Below are positions 37,577 through 46,816 of a stretch of DNA of 64,000 nucleotides, piece after piece. Both the position numbers and the translations under genes were made by a program. The stretch's first letter is position 1, and each line of letters starts with the position of its first letter. The DNA lies in contig JAUWHO010000042.1 in NCBI GenBank assembly GCA_030605835.1, positions 5,732 to 69,731 of the forward strand, in the 5' to 3' direction. Below the pieces are notes generated by a model, which ran no database searches, was not told the DNA's origin, and was given only the letters and a program-made list of their open reading frames with translations. The stretch is from Candidatus Zixiibacteriota bacterium. GTDB lineage: Bacteria > Zixibacteria > MSB-5A5 > DG-27.

Positions 37577-39481
37577 TCACTTCAACTTCTGCCAGCTATT
37601 TCCCTGGATTCGATATATCCTCATCCCCTGGTTTTCCCCGGTGCTCTTGTCGAAGCGAATCTTGCCGGTGACGCCGCTGTAACTGGAGGTTTTCTTCAGA
37701 TATTCGTTCACCTTCTCCGGAATGACGGCTCCGGATGCAAATGCCTTCAAGAGGAGCTTGGCACAATCGTACGACAGAGCCGCCACCCAGTCGGGTGATT
37801 CCCCATATTTCTCCCGGTACTTCTTAGAAAAAGAGAACCACCGGGAATCGTCCTGGTCCTCAATGAAATGACAACAGAAAACGGCATCCTGAACATAATC
37901 CCTCGAAGGCCTCAAAACCTCCAGATCGCTGAACCCCTCCAGACCCAAGAGTTGAGTCTTGATGATTGAGAAGGCCACCTGGGGGGTGATGAGGTTCAAA
38001 TCCTCCGGATATCCCAGAATGAAAAGTCCCCTCAAATAGACCGGCCACTCCTCCGGCGGGAGAGTATCTCCTCTATCGTCGAAGAAGATGGAGCTGTCCA
38101 GCTCTCCCTTTTCCCACATGGTTTGGGTTTTGTCTATCAGGATTTCGCGAATCTGGCCCAACGGTTCTTTGAAGTCGGTCTGTCCGGGGGCATAGTAGAG
38201 CTCTTTGAGAACTTTCCCTCCTGACTTCTCTACCTCCTCCTTGAAGGCCGTCGACACCTTAGGTCCGTGGGAATCATCGGGAACCAGAGTAGCAAACTCC
38301 TTGATCTTGAGAGAGCGAACCGCATAGGAGGCCAGCCCTCTGGCCATACTCTCAGAGCTAGGGGAAAGCTGGTAGACGTAATCGCTGAGGCCGGCGATGC
38401 CGGCCTCGGAAGCGGTAGGAGTGATGACCGGGAAACGGTGACAGTCGGCGTTGACGGCGACTCCCACCGCGGTCTCGCTCCTCAAAGGTCCGATGATCGC
38501 CGCCACCTCGTCCTCCTGCACCAAAGCTCTCATGGCAAGGGCGGCAGCGACCGCCTCTCCTTTGGTATCCTCGATTGCCAATTCAACCTGCCCAAGCTCA
38601 GGATTGGACTTATCTGCAAGCGCCAGTTTTATCCCCCTGACCATGCTGTTGCCGTAGTCGGCGAAGGGTCCTGAAAGCGGTGCCAACACTCCCATAACCA
38701 GGTGAGTTGTGACCGTCTTTCTTGCGACCTCTAACAGCTTTTCCGCCTGCGGCCCTTTGACGTCCCCCGGAGAGAGGACCAAAAAGCGCTCCAGGCTCCT
38801 TATCGCCCGCCGCGATTGCCCGGCCTCCAACTCTCTTCTACCCTTGTGGAAGAAAACCTCCCCGAGAAGCTTGCCTCGATGTTGCCAGCTTAACCTCTCC
38901 AACTCCTCCAGAGTCAGATGTTTTTCCAAAAGGGGCAGAAACGATTGACAGGCACGGTCACGGTCACTCCTTCTTTCGGCCAGCTCGAAGCCCCGCAGGT
39001 AGTTCAGGGTGGACTCTAAGGGTTCGCCTCTCAGGAAGGCGACATCACCCAGGAGAATGTAAGCCACCCCGCGATAGGATGATTGGGGGAATTGTTCCAG
39101 CAACCCCTTCAATCCCCTCTCGGCGGAGTCGTACTTCCCCAACCGCAAGCGGCATTTGGAGGCCATTATCATAAAGCCGGTATAATGCCTGTCGGTGGGG
39201 AAAGTCGCCAGGAGATACTCAAATCTCTCCAGGGCGGGCTGATATTCTCCGTCGCCATATAGCTCCCGGGCTTGCTTCAAAACCTCCTTTGAGCTCTCAC
39301 CCAGGTAGTCCGAAAGGCCCTGGGAAGAACAGAGATTAAAGGTGAGAAGGCTGATTACAACTGAGATAAGAAGTGAGGCCAACCTGTGGGCGTGGGGCCT
39401 TGAACTTCTCAATTCATACATCTTTTGACATATCCGTGAGGCCACCGACCTTCCGCAGCCCTTTTTAGTTTTCGGGCTCAA
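37577..39481 (-). CDS. TPR-repeat plus type-I periplasmic-binding-fold protein (LpoA-like architecture); start uncertain
   Basis: ORF track 634 aa; N-terminal hydrophobic anchor, TPR-like helical region, C-terminal domain resembling Leu/Ile/Val-binding proteins. Alternative ATG at 39421. Confidence 0.55.
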   Translation of the reverse strand: MSPKTKKGCGRSVASRICQKMYELRSSRPHAHRLASLLISVVISLLTFNLCSSQGLSDYLGESSKEVLKQARELYGDGEYQPALERFEYLLATFPTDRHYTGFMIMASKCRLRLGKYDSAERGLKGLLEQFPQSSYRGVAYILLGDVAFLRGEPLESTLNYLRGFELAERRSDRDRACQSFLPLLEKHLTLEELERLSWQHRGKLLGEVFFHKGRRELEAGQSRRAIRSLERFLVLSPGDVKGPQAEKLLEVARKTVTTHLVMGVLAPLSGPFADYGNSMVRGIKLALADKSNPELGQVELAIEDTKGEAVAAALAMRALVQEDEVAAIIGPLRSETAVGVAVNADCHRFPVITPTASEAGIAGLSDYVYQLSPSSESMARGLASYAVRSLKIKEFATLVPDDSHGPKVSTAFKEEVEKSGGKVLKELYYAPGQTDFKEPLGQIREILIDKTQTMWEKGELDSSIFFDDRGDTLPPEEWPVYLRGLFILGYPEDLNLITPQVAFSIIKTQLLGLEGFSDLEVLRPSRDYVQDAVFCCHFIEDQDDSRWFSFSKKYREKYGESPDWVAALSYDCAKLLLKAFASGAVIPEKVNEYLKKTSSYSGVTGKIRFDKSTGENQGMRIYRIQGNSWQKLK

Positions 39482-39506
39482 TAGCAGTAAAAGAGGGGAG
39501 CTTCAC

Positions 39507-40001
39507 CTAAAGAGAATATTTCCCAAAATCCTCGGGATTGATCCTTCTCAATCTGTCTCGCAAGCTTTCGGAATCCGGCAGACCGCTTTTCTCTTTCTCT
39601 TCCTTGGATAGGCTGAAGAGGGCGTCGTTGACATAAATGGGGGCCTTGGTCTTCAGAGCCACCGCCAGAGAATCGGAGGGTCTGGCGTCGATATCGAAGA
39701 CCTTGCTGTTGATCTCCAGATATATTTTGGCGTAGAAGGTGGAGTCTACTAAATCAGTGACCTCTATCTTCTTGATTTTCCCCCCCATGGTCTTAACCAT
39801 GGTGGCAATGAGGTCGTGGGTCAGAGGTCTTTTGGAGGCTAACCCGGAAAGCTCCATGCTTATCGCCCAGGCCTCGAAGTGTCCGATCCAGATGGGCAGA
39901 AGTTTGTCGGAGTTCACCGGGGAGAGTATCACCACCGGGGAGTTGGTGGAGACATCCAGCGCCAGCCCGTTTATTTGGGCTTTGACCATTTTCTTTTTCA
40001 T
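39507..40001 (-). CDS. Bifunctional nuclease family protein (DUF151)
   Basis: ORF track 164 aa; LPIWIGHFEAWAI...LTHDLIATM core resembles the DUF151 nuclease domain. Confidence 0.7.
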   Translation of the reverse strand: MKKKMVKAQINGLALDVSTNSPVVILSPVNSDKLLPIWIGHFEAWAISMELSGLASKRPLTHDLIATMVKTMGGKIKKIEVTDLVDSTFYAKIYLEINSKVFDIDARPSDSLAVALKTKAPIYVNDALFSLSKEEKEKSGLPDSESLRDRLRRINPEDFGKYSL

Positions 40002-40117
40002 AATCTGCCGTCTCAGAAGGTATATCGACTTCCCATTGAATCCAATTCTAACTCAGTCAGTTCCTCTCTCTCCAGATCAAGATACGGTCGGTTCTGGTGG
40101 CAAGCAAGAGGATTTTG

Positions 40118-40579
40118 CTAAGCCTCCCTTTCAGGTGGCTTTTTGACCACCCACACCTTCAGATTGGCGATCACCTCCGATTCTACCTTCACCCCAACGG
40201 TGTAAACCCCTAAAGCTTTGAGGGGCTCCTCCAGAAGGATTCGTCGCCGGTCGATCTTAAAGCCCTTCTCGGTCAAAAGCTCGGCGATGGTGGAGGAGGT
40301 CACCGACCCGAAGACCTTATCCTCCTCTCCCACCAACACTTCCGCGGTGCAGGAGATCTTCTCCAACTTTTCTTTGATCCTCTCGGCCTCTCGTTTCTTC
40401 TTATTATCGTGCAGCCTCTTCTGTTTTTTCACCTCCTCGATGGCCCGGATGGTTCCTCTTTTGGCCTCGATCGCCAGATTCCGCGGCAGAAGATAATTCC
40501 TCCCGTACCCATCTTTGACGGTGATGACGTCGCCGCAGTTGCCCAGGGTGGCAATGTCCTCTTTCAGTATCACTTTCAT
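40118..40579 (-). CDS. rplI: 50S ribosomal protein L9
   Basis: ORF track 153 aa; MKVILKEDIATLGNCGDVITVKDGYGRNYLLPRNLA matches the bL9 N-domain; GAGGAAAA SD. Confidence 0.95.
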   Translation of the reverse strand: MKVILKEDIATLGNCGDVITVKDGYGRNYLLPRNLAIEAKRGTIRAIEEVKKQKRLHDNKKKREAERIKEKLEKISCTAEVLVGEEDKVFGSVTSSTIAELLTEKGFKIDRRRILLEEPLKALGVYTVGVKVESEVIANLKVWVVKKPPEREA

Positions 40580-40600
40580 ATCTTTTCCTCAACCAAAAAG

Positions 40601-41527
40601 TCAGGCCGAAACCGCGACTCCACTCTTCAGTTTCCTGAAATCGAACCAGGAGTCGAAAAGTCCCAGCACTCCCAGCAGAACTAAAGATAGCACCTGCCCC
40701 AGAAATATCAAGAGGTAAAAAAGGAGTTTGAGGAGTCTGGATACATTCAATTTCACCAGAAAGAACTCCGCCACCGAAAAACCCACGAAGAAATACAGAC
40801 CGGCGCTGAAAGCCAGAAGGTTGTGACCCACTATCCTCATGCCGGGGTTGTGCAAGAGCGAAAAGATCGCCCCTAACAGGACCATCCCCAGGAAGTAGTC
40901 GCTCAACCTCCAGCGGGAGAAGTGGGGGAGGGCCGGGATATGGTAGCCCACCTTTGACCCCAATTTGCAGGAGAGGAAATAGGCCACGGTCAGATTGAAG
41001 AGGACCGATAGCAACAAAAGCGAGGGCAAAAGTTCCACCAGTATCCTCCCGAAGTTCTTAAGATCGGAGGTCAGCCCCTCCAGCAACTCTTGACTCTGCC
41101 CCATCTCTCTGGCCTGTAGTGCGAATTCGTCCACCCACGCCTCTATCGTCAAGGAAAGAGAGGTGGAGACCTCGGAATAAGCGGTCATAAACAGCGCGAC
41201 TAAAACCAGCACCGGGATAAGCCCCCAGAAAATGGCTCGAAATCCTCCCCCGCGGCTGCGCACCAGATACCCAATCAGAAGCGCCGGCAAGCATATCGAC
41301 AGAAGAAACGTGGTCGACTGAGGCAGACCCTGAAATAGCATGAGTTCGAGGGCCACAAAACCACCCACACCCACTGCCAGTGTCGGCCGAAAATTGGCGG
41401 CCAGAAAAATGAGCGCGGCCGCGCTCAGGATCCCCCATACGTAATTTAGGAACAGTAGATCGCACAGAGGACCGTAGAGGACAACCACCGCGGCTGCCAC
41501 AAGAGCGATTCGGCTCTTAGAACCCAA
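40601..41527 (-). CDS. DUF2232-family membrane protein (YybS-like)
   Basis: ORF track 308 aa, polytopic; TTG start with AAGGAGG upstream; sits between rpsR and rplI as yybS does in Firmicutes. Confidence 0.5.
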   Translation of the reverse strand: MGSKSRIALVAAAVVVLYGPLCDLLFLNYVWGILSAAALIFLAANFRPTLAVGVGGFVALELMLFQGLPQSTTFLLSICLPALLIGYLVRSRGGGFRAIFWGLIPVLVLVALFMTAYSEVSTSLSLTIEAWVDEFALQAREMGQSQELLEGLTSDLKNFGRILVELLPSLLLLSVLFNLTVAYFLSCKLGSKVGYHIPALPHFSRWRLSDYFLGMVLLGAIFSLLHNPGMRIVGHNLLAFSAGLYFFVGFSVAEFFLVKLNVSRLLKLLFYLLIFLGQVLSLVLLGVLGLFDSWFDFRKLKSGVAVSA

Positions 41528-41564
41528 ATGGAATCTAACCTCCTTTTGGCCCCGAGGGGTTTAT

Positions 41565-41846
41565 TTACCGAAAGCTCTCGGAGGTGTAAGGCAGAAGCCC
41601 CAGGTGTCGTCCGCGTTTGATGGCGACCGTCAACTGCCTCTGATGACGGGCGCAGCTGCCGGAAATCCGCCGCGGAATGATCTTGCCGCGATCAGATACA
41701 AACCTCCGGATCATCCTCTCGTCTTTGTAATCGATAACGTCGATCTTGTTCTCGCAGAAGCGACAGATCTTTCTCCTCCTGTAGTCGACACTGAAGGAGC
41801 TTTTTCTCTGCTTTCTCGTCGTTCTATCCGTTCTCGGCCTTCTCAT
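41565..41846 (-). CDS. rpsR: 30S ribosomal protein S18
   Basis: ORF track 93 aa; ...[60 protein letters not shown] matches bS18. Confidence 0.95.
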   Translation of the reverse strand: MRRPRTDRTTRKQRKSSFSVDYRRRKICRFCENKIDVIDYKDERMIRRFVSDRGKIIPRRISGSCARHQRQLTVAIKRGRHLGLLPYTSESFR

Positions 41847-42034
41847 CTCTCACCTCGAAAACCTAAACATATCCAAAACTACTGTCGGAATCCTCCCCCT
41901 GCTCCTGAGAAGGACTGGGAAATCCCATTCCGGACAGGTGACCTCAGACATCTCTGCCAGTTACATCCGAACCACTCACCACTAACCAGAAACTGCGATG
42001 ATACGGCCTTGGACACAGCTTTCTTGACAAACCT

Positions 42035-42457
42035 TCATCGCTCGTCATCGGCCTGCGGCTGGCTCGCCTCCGGCGGAGAGCTCGAAGCCTCCTCCTTCTC
42101 AGGTGCGGCGACCCGTTCTTTGGTCTCCTCCCTGGCAGGAGCCTCCGGAGTTGCAGCCGGGCGCTCCTTGAGCGGCAGCGACAGCACCGTCAGATACCTC
42201 AGCACCTGCTCGTTCAGTTTGTAGAATGACTCTAACTCCCGGGGCAGTTTTTGGGGAGCAGAGAAGCGGATGTGGACGTAATACCCCTGGCGGCGTTTCT
42301 TAAGCAGGTAAGCGAACCTCTTGATTCCCCACATCTCGACCTTGGTGACTTCTCCGCCGCCTGCGGCAATTGTCTCTTCAACCCTCTGTATCTCTCTGGT
42401 AAGGGCTTCCTCTTCTAAGCCGGCGTCTAAAACGAAAGTGGTTTCGTATTCTCTCAA
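42035..42457 (-). CDS. rpsF: 30S ribosomal protein S6
   Basis: ORF track 42035..42481; I place the start at the in-frame TTG (residue 9) because GGGAGGTGA lies 4-5 nt upstream and the product then begins MREYETTFVL like bS6; acidic C-terminal tail. Confidence 0.85.
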   Translation of the reverse strand: MREYETTFVLDAGLEEEALTREIQRVEETIAAGGGEVTKVEMWGIKRFAYLLKKRRQGYYVHIRFSAPQKLPRELESFYKLNEQVLRYLTVLSLPLKERPAATPEAPAREETKERVAAPEKEEASSSPPEASQPQADDER

Positions 42458-42523
42458 CTGTTCACCTCCCTTCGGCCTCATCCGGCTCCGCCTCGGGTGC
42501 GGAGCAGGGAAGTTTGGGGTTAT

Positions 42524-43114
42524 TTATGCTTCGTCGTTCACATCTTCAGTGTCGCGATTATATAAGTTCATCGCCTCTTCCAGACCGGATTCTATGACCT
42601 TTATTATGGCCTCATATGCTCTCAGAACCATCGCCTTCGCTGAAGGGATCTCCTCCTCGGTGAAGTCTCTGAGAACGTATTCCTCCAGAGACAATCCCGG
42701 CTGTGGAAGACCAACGCCCATCCGAAGTCTGGGAAAATCCTCCGTCTCCATATCGGTGATTACAGACCTCAGACCCTTGTGTCCACCGTCGGAACCGGAG
42801 GCGCGGAGCCGAATTTTGCCTAGGGGTAAGTTAGTGTCGTCACACACGACTATAACCTGTCCGAGATCGATTCCGAACTCCTCACAGAAGCTTCTAAGCG
42901 CTTCCCCGCTCAGGTTCATGTAGGTTGAAGGTTTCAGAACGTGAATCTCCCTTTGGGCGATCTGGATCTCCGCTAACTCGTAAAGTTTGTCTTTCTTCTC
43001 GAAACTGCCACCCCTCTTTTCACAGAGGTAATCGGCAACGACGAAACCTAAGTTGTGACGATTGTCTCGATGTTTTCTTCCCGGGTTGCCCAACCCGACG
43101 ACAGCTTTCACCAT
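42524..43114 (-). CDS. pth: Peptidyl-tRNA hydrolase
   Basis: ORF track 196 aa; VVGLGNPGRKHRDNRHNLGF and ...GSDGGHKGLRS motifs of Pth. Confidence 0.95.
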   Translation of the reverse strand: MVKAVVGLGNPGRKHRDNRHNLGFVVADYLCEKRGGSFEKKDKLYELAEIQIAQREIHVLKPSTYMNLSGEALRSFCEEFGIDLGQVIVVCDDTNLPLGKIRLRASGSDGGHKGLRSVITDMETEDFPRLRMGVGLPQPGLSLEEYVLRDFTEEEIPSAKAMVLRAYEAIIKVIESGLEEAMNLYNRDTEDVNDEA

Positions 43115-43422
43115 TTAGATGCAGAATGAAACCTCACCACCAAGCCACAAGTTCGCAAAAGATATGACTGCACTTGCAGCTGTCAAGCCTTTTCTCACCT
43201 CCCTCAGTTTCGATTTCGTTAGATGATCTCAACTCTTTAGGGAAGAGAAGAATTGTTGCCGGATTCAATGAATTAGCGTATTATATAGTAAGCGAAGGAG
43301 GGAGCCGTTTGTGGTTATCGTGAGTTCCGGCATAAACTCGAAGCCCCGGAAAAATGAAATTCCGAAAAGAGGAGGACAAAAGGGATCAAAAACGTAAACT
43401 TGAGGAACTGGAGGGAGTATAG

Positions 43423-44535
43423 ATGAAACCAAAATCGGTGGTGCTACTGTCCGGCGTTTTGTTCATTTTGCTCTGGGGAGGAAAGGCATCCTGGAGCAGG
43501 GAAGGCCGCACCGTTCTTTATGCAACCAAAATCTACAACAACAGGGAGCTAACCACTGCAGACGCCTCCTGGATTGCCTCCCACGCTGACCTTCTAGTCA
43601 CTGACGGTTCTGGGGACAGTTTCGCACAGCAGATGAAGTCCGAAAACCCAGACCTCAAGATGTTCCGGTATTTTGTGAGTTGCGTCGTCAGCGATGGCAA
43701 GCGCCCCTTCGGCACCGTTATCGGGTATAAGGAACTCAGCATCAAACATCCCGACTGGTTCCTTACCGACTCCGGAGGTGAGAGAATTAAGCTCAGCCCC
43801 GAACGTTATCTAATCGATCCCAAATCAGAGGGTTGGCCAGAATACTGGTTGAAGCAAGTCCTGAAAGTTACTTCCGGTCTGCCTTACGATGGGGTTCACG
43901 GAGACGTTGCCCATACCGACATCGGTCGTTTCGTTCCTCAGGCAAAACACCGCTTTCCCCACGAGGAGGACTTTCACGGAGTACAGGAGAGATTCCTGGC
44001 AGCCCTCCACGAAGGACTTAACAGAAAAGGGAAGCTCTTAATTCTGAACAATTTTACGATGGGCTCCAGCACCGATCCCGACTACCTCCTGAACACTCGC
44101 ATCCACAATTGTGACGGCTTTAACCAGCAGGGCGTTGTCATGAAGTGGCGCAATCAGCCGGAGCATCGCTTCGTCAACGAAAAGCATCTGGTCCGGACTA
44201 TGGAGATCGTCGAGGAATCCGCTCGCCGCCAAAAGATCGTGATGCTGGGAATGCAGCCATCTCCTGATAGGAGGGAGATCGCCTATTGTGTCGGCTGTTA
44301 CCTTCTGATGAAGAACGACCCCTGGGTCTATCTCAACATCGATTGGGCGGGGAAATATGAACATATGCGCCGGCTCTTTCGAGAATATGGCGACATCATA
44401 AATGCCGACTACGGAGTTCCGGTGGGGCCCCGCTACAAGGAAAAGAATCTGTGGAAGAGAAAATACTCAAAGGGGCTTGTGGTGGTCGACCCCATCAAGC
44501 ATACCTTTGATTTTATCCCTGAAACTAAGTATTGA
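43423..44535 (+). CDS. Secreted hypothetical protein (possible glycoside-hydrolase-like TIM-barrel fold)
   Basis: ORF track 370 aa; GGAGGGAG SD; signal peptide MKPKSVVLLSGVLFILLWGGKASW; family assignment is a guess. Confidence 0.45.
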   Translation: MKPKSVVLLSGVLFILLWGGKASWSREGRTVLYATKIYNNRELTTADASWIASHADLLVTDGSGDSFAQQMKSENPDLKMFRYFVSCVVSDGKRPFGTVIGYKELSIKHPDWFLTDSGGERIKLSPERYLIDPKSEGWPEYWLKQVLKVTSGLPYDGVHGDVAHTDIGRFVPQAKHRFPHEEDFHGVQERFLAALHEGLNRKGKLLILNNFTMGSSTDPDYLLNTRIHNCDGFNQQGVVMKWRNQPEHRFVNEKHLVRTMEIVEESARRQKIVMLGMQPSPDRREIAYCVGCYLLMKNDPWVYLNIDWAGKYEHMRRLFREYGDIINADYGVPVGPRYKEKNLWKRKYSKGLVVVDPIKHTFDFIPETKY

Positions 44536-44601
44536 ACTTTCCGGAGTAAAGCCGACACAATCCTTAGGTCCTCGGTTAAAATTGCAGGGAAAATTCATAC
44601 C

Positions 44602-46740
44602 TCACCAGAGATATCCCATGGCCTTCAGTTTCTCCATAGTCTGAGGATCAAACTCTGATTCCTCTCCAAAGCCTGCACCCCCTAAGGAATCTATGAAGTC
44701 TTCGCACCTGGACTTGATTCTCAGGTACTCCTCCCTTTCTTCCCACAAATTGACCTTCTCCCCGGGATCTCGCGCCAGATTGTAAAGCTCTTCCTCGCTC
44801 CCCCCATCCTCGTACCGGTTGAGGATGAATTTTAGGCTATCCTGTATGATGCAATACATCCGATGCCAGATGCCACCCTCGATCCTCTCACTGAATATGA
44901 GGCCATGTCTGTTGCCGCTCTCGCTGCGGATAAGAGGCAACAGGCTTTCTCCCTGCATCTCCGTTGTGAGGTCCGCTCGACCGAGAAAGTCCAGAACAGT
45001 GGGAGCTATATCGATGATGTTCACCGGGCTCTCGACAACCCGGGGGGTGATGCCGGATCCCTGCGGAAACTTCACAAGCAGGGGAACGTGGATCAATTCC
45101 TGATACAGGGACTGTCCATGTCCCCATTTGAAGTGTTCCAGGAACTCCTCTCCGTGGTCGGAGGTGATTATTACAAGGGAGTTATCCCAGAACCCGCTGT
45201 TCCTCAGAGATTCAAAAAGGTGGCCCAGTTCCCGATCCAGACTCTCAATCCCCTGTCGGTAACGAGACAACATATCTGCCAAGTCCTCCGGCTCCACCTC
45301 CAGCTTGGTGTTTCCCGAATGAAGCTGCTCCAGAAGGGAATACCACGCCAGTCTCCTGCTTCCGGGATAAATCCCTCCAAGAAAACTGTCGTCATCATAA
45401 TAGGGGTAGTGAGCTTCGTTGAAGTGGACATATAGAAACAGCGGGGAATCCTGAGAGTTTGGCAACGAATCTAAGATCTTTAGAGTCAACCTGCCGTGAC
45501 CCAAGTCGTAAGCACGCAGGCAGGTGAGAATGATCTTCTGAGGCATATACGGCATCCACCGGTAGAGAGCGAAGTTGCTGGAAACGTAGAACCGGATGAG
45601 GGCATAGTAGCGGTCGAATCCCTGCGCAAAAAGGGCTCCCGTGACGATGTGGTTCTCCGTAAAGCCCACGGTCCGATAGCCGTTCTCAGCTAGCATCTCC
45701 GGAAGGGTGTGGAGAGCCAACTGAGATTTGCTGGATTCCCTCCTGGCGGTTGTCGAGTAGAGGGAAGAAAGTATCGAGCGGGTTGCTGGCAGGGTCCAGC
45801 TTGAAGGGGAATAGGCCTGCGCGAAGACTACAGACTCCGAAAAAAGTGCGGTCAGATTGGGAGCAACTTCCTCCCCCTGATCCCACAGCTGGTCCGCCCG
45901 AAAGGTATCGAGGACAAAGAGGAAGATGTCAGGCTTCTCTGTGGAATTAGACCCTGCGTGAGACCTTATGGCATATTTGTCCGGAGAATGAGGGTTAAAA
46001 CGCTCAGCCAAGACAAAGCAATACCCCATAGCCAACAAGACGAAGACCGTGACCGAGAGTTTATTCCTTCTGGAAAGGGTGAAAGCCGGGGGAGAAAAGT
46101 ACCGTGTCAACCTCCCGGAGATAATCCTCACCAGAGGGAATCCCAAAAGAAAAACCCCAAGCCAGGCCGAAGCAAAAAGTAGACGCTGAGGCCAGTCAAA
46201 AGAATCTCTGATAAAACCCACGTCCATACTGAAGGTCCAAATCACCAGTAGGGCTAAGAATATGATACTACCTTGAAAAAATTCGACGATGCCAACCGCG
46301 GAGGTCCTTTTTCTCAGCCAAAATCTCCACGCCGCCGAGAGAACTAAGAGTGAGGCAATCGCAAGAATGCCGTAGCTGATGCCCATCGGAACACCAGGAA
46401 ACAGGCGAGCTATTGGCAGATAAATCGCCTCCGTCACGTAAGCCACAGCAATCACGGTCGAGGGAAAAAGGATCCCGAAGAACGTTAGATCAGTCGTTCG
46501 CTTCCCTGCAGAAATCAGATACCCAGCTATCCCAGAGAATAATGCGAAGAGAACACCCAACAACAAATAGAGTAGCCCGAAGAACAAGAGCGCCAACAGG
46601 AAATATTCATCCCAGATGATTACCCCCTGAATGAGGCTGATGAAAATCTCCACCAAGAAGGCAAACAGAAGAAGGGAGAGAGAAACCTTTAGTTCAAATT
46701 TGAAGAATTCAGAAAAACTCAAGGATCTCTGACTAGCCAT
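44602..46740 (-). CDS. Membrane-anchored sulfatase-like enzyme (alkaline phosphatase superfamily; LtaS/EptA-like architecture)
   Basis: ORF track 712 aa; about 250-aa polytopic N-terminus, then IFLFVLDTFRADQ...SWTLPATRS...VIITSDHGEEF motifs of the sulfatase/phosphotransferase core. Confidence 0.7.
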   Translation of the reverse strand: MASQRSLSFSEFFKFELKVSLSLLLFAFLVEIFISLIQGVIIWDEYFLLALLFFGLLYLLLGVLFALFSGIAGYLISAGKRTTDLTFFGILFPSTVIAVAYVTEAIYLPIARLFPGVPMGISYGILAIASLLVLSAAWRFWLRKRTSAVGIVEFFQGSIIFLALLVIWTFSMDVGFIRDSFDWPQRLLFASAWLGVFLLGFPLVRIISGRLTRYFSPPAFTLSRRNKLSVTVFVLLAMGYCFVLAERFNPHSPDKYAIRSHAGSNSTEKPDIFLFVLDTFRADQLWDQGEEVAPNLTALFSESVVFAQAYSPSSWTLPATRSILSSLYSTTARRESSKSQLALHTLPEMLAENGYRTVGFTENHIVTGALFAQGFDRYYALIRFYVSSNFALYRWMPYMPQKIILTCLRAYDLGHGRLTLKILDSLPNSQDSPLFLYVHFNEAHYPYYDDDSFLGGIYPGSRRLAWYSLLEQLHSGNTKLEVEPEDLADMLSRYRQGIESLDRELGHLFESLRNSGFWDNSLVIITSDHGEEFLEHFKWGHGQSLYQELIHVPLLVKFPQGSGITPRVVESPVNIIDIAPTVLDFLGRADLTTEMQGESLLPLIRSESGNRHGLIFSERIEGGIWHRMYCIIQDSLKFILNRYEDGGSEEELYNLARDPGEKVNLWEEREEYLRIKSRCEDFIDSLGGAGFGEESEFDPQTMEKLKAMGYLW

Positions 46741-46816
46741 TTTCTGTGCTCTTCGAACTCAGCGGGCAGAGACAATCCAGTTCGGTCAGGATGAGATGAA
46801 ACAAAATCAGACGACC

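Noticed and set aside
41847-42034. Expected ssb gene between rpsF and rpsR
   Set aside because: Gap is only about 190 bp and contains no ORF; ssb is simply not at this locus.
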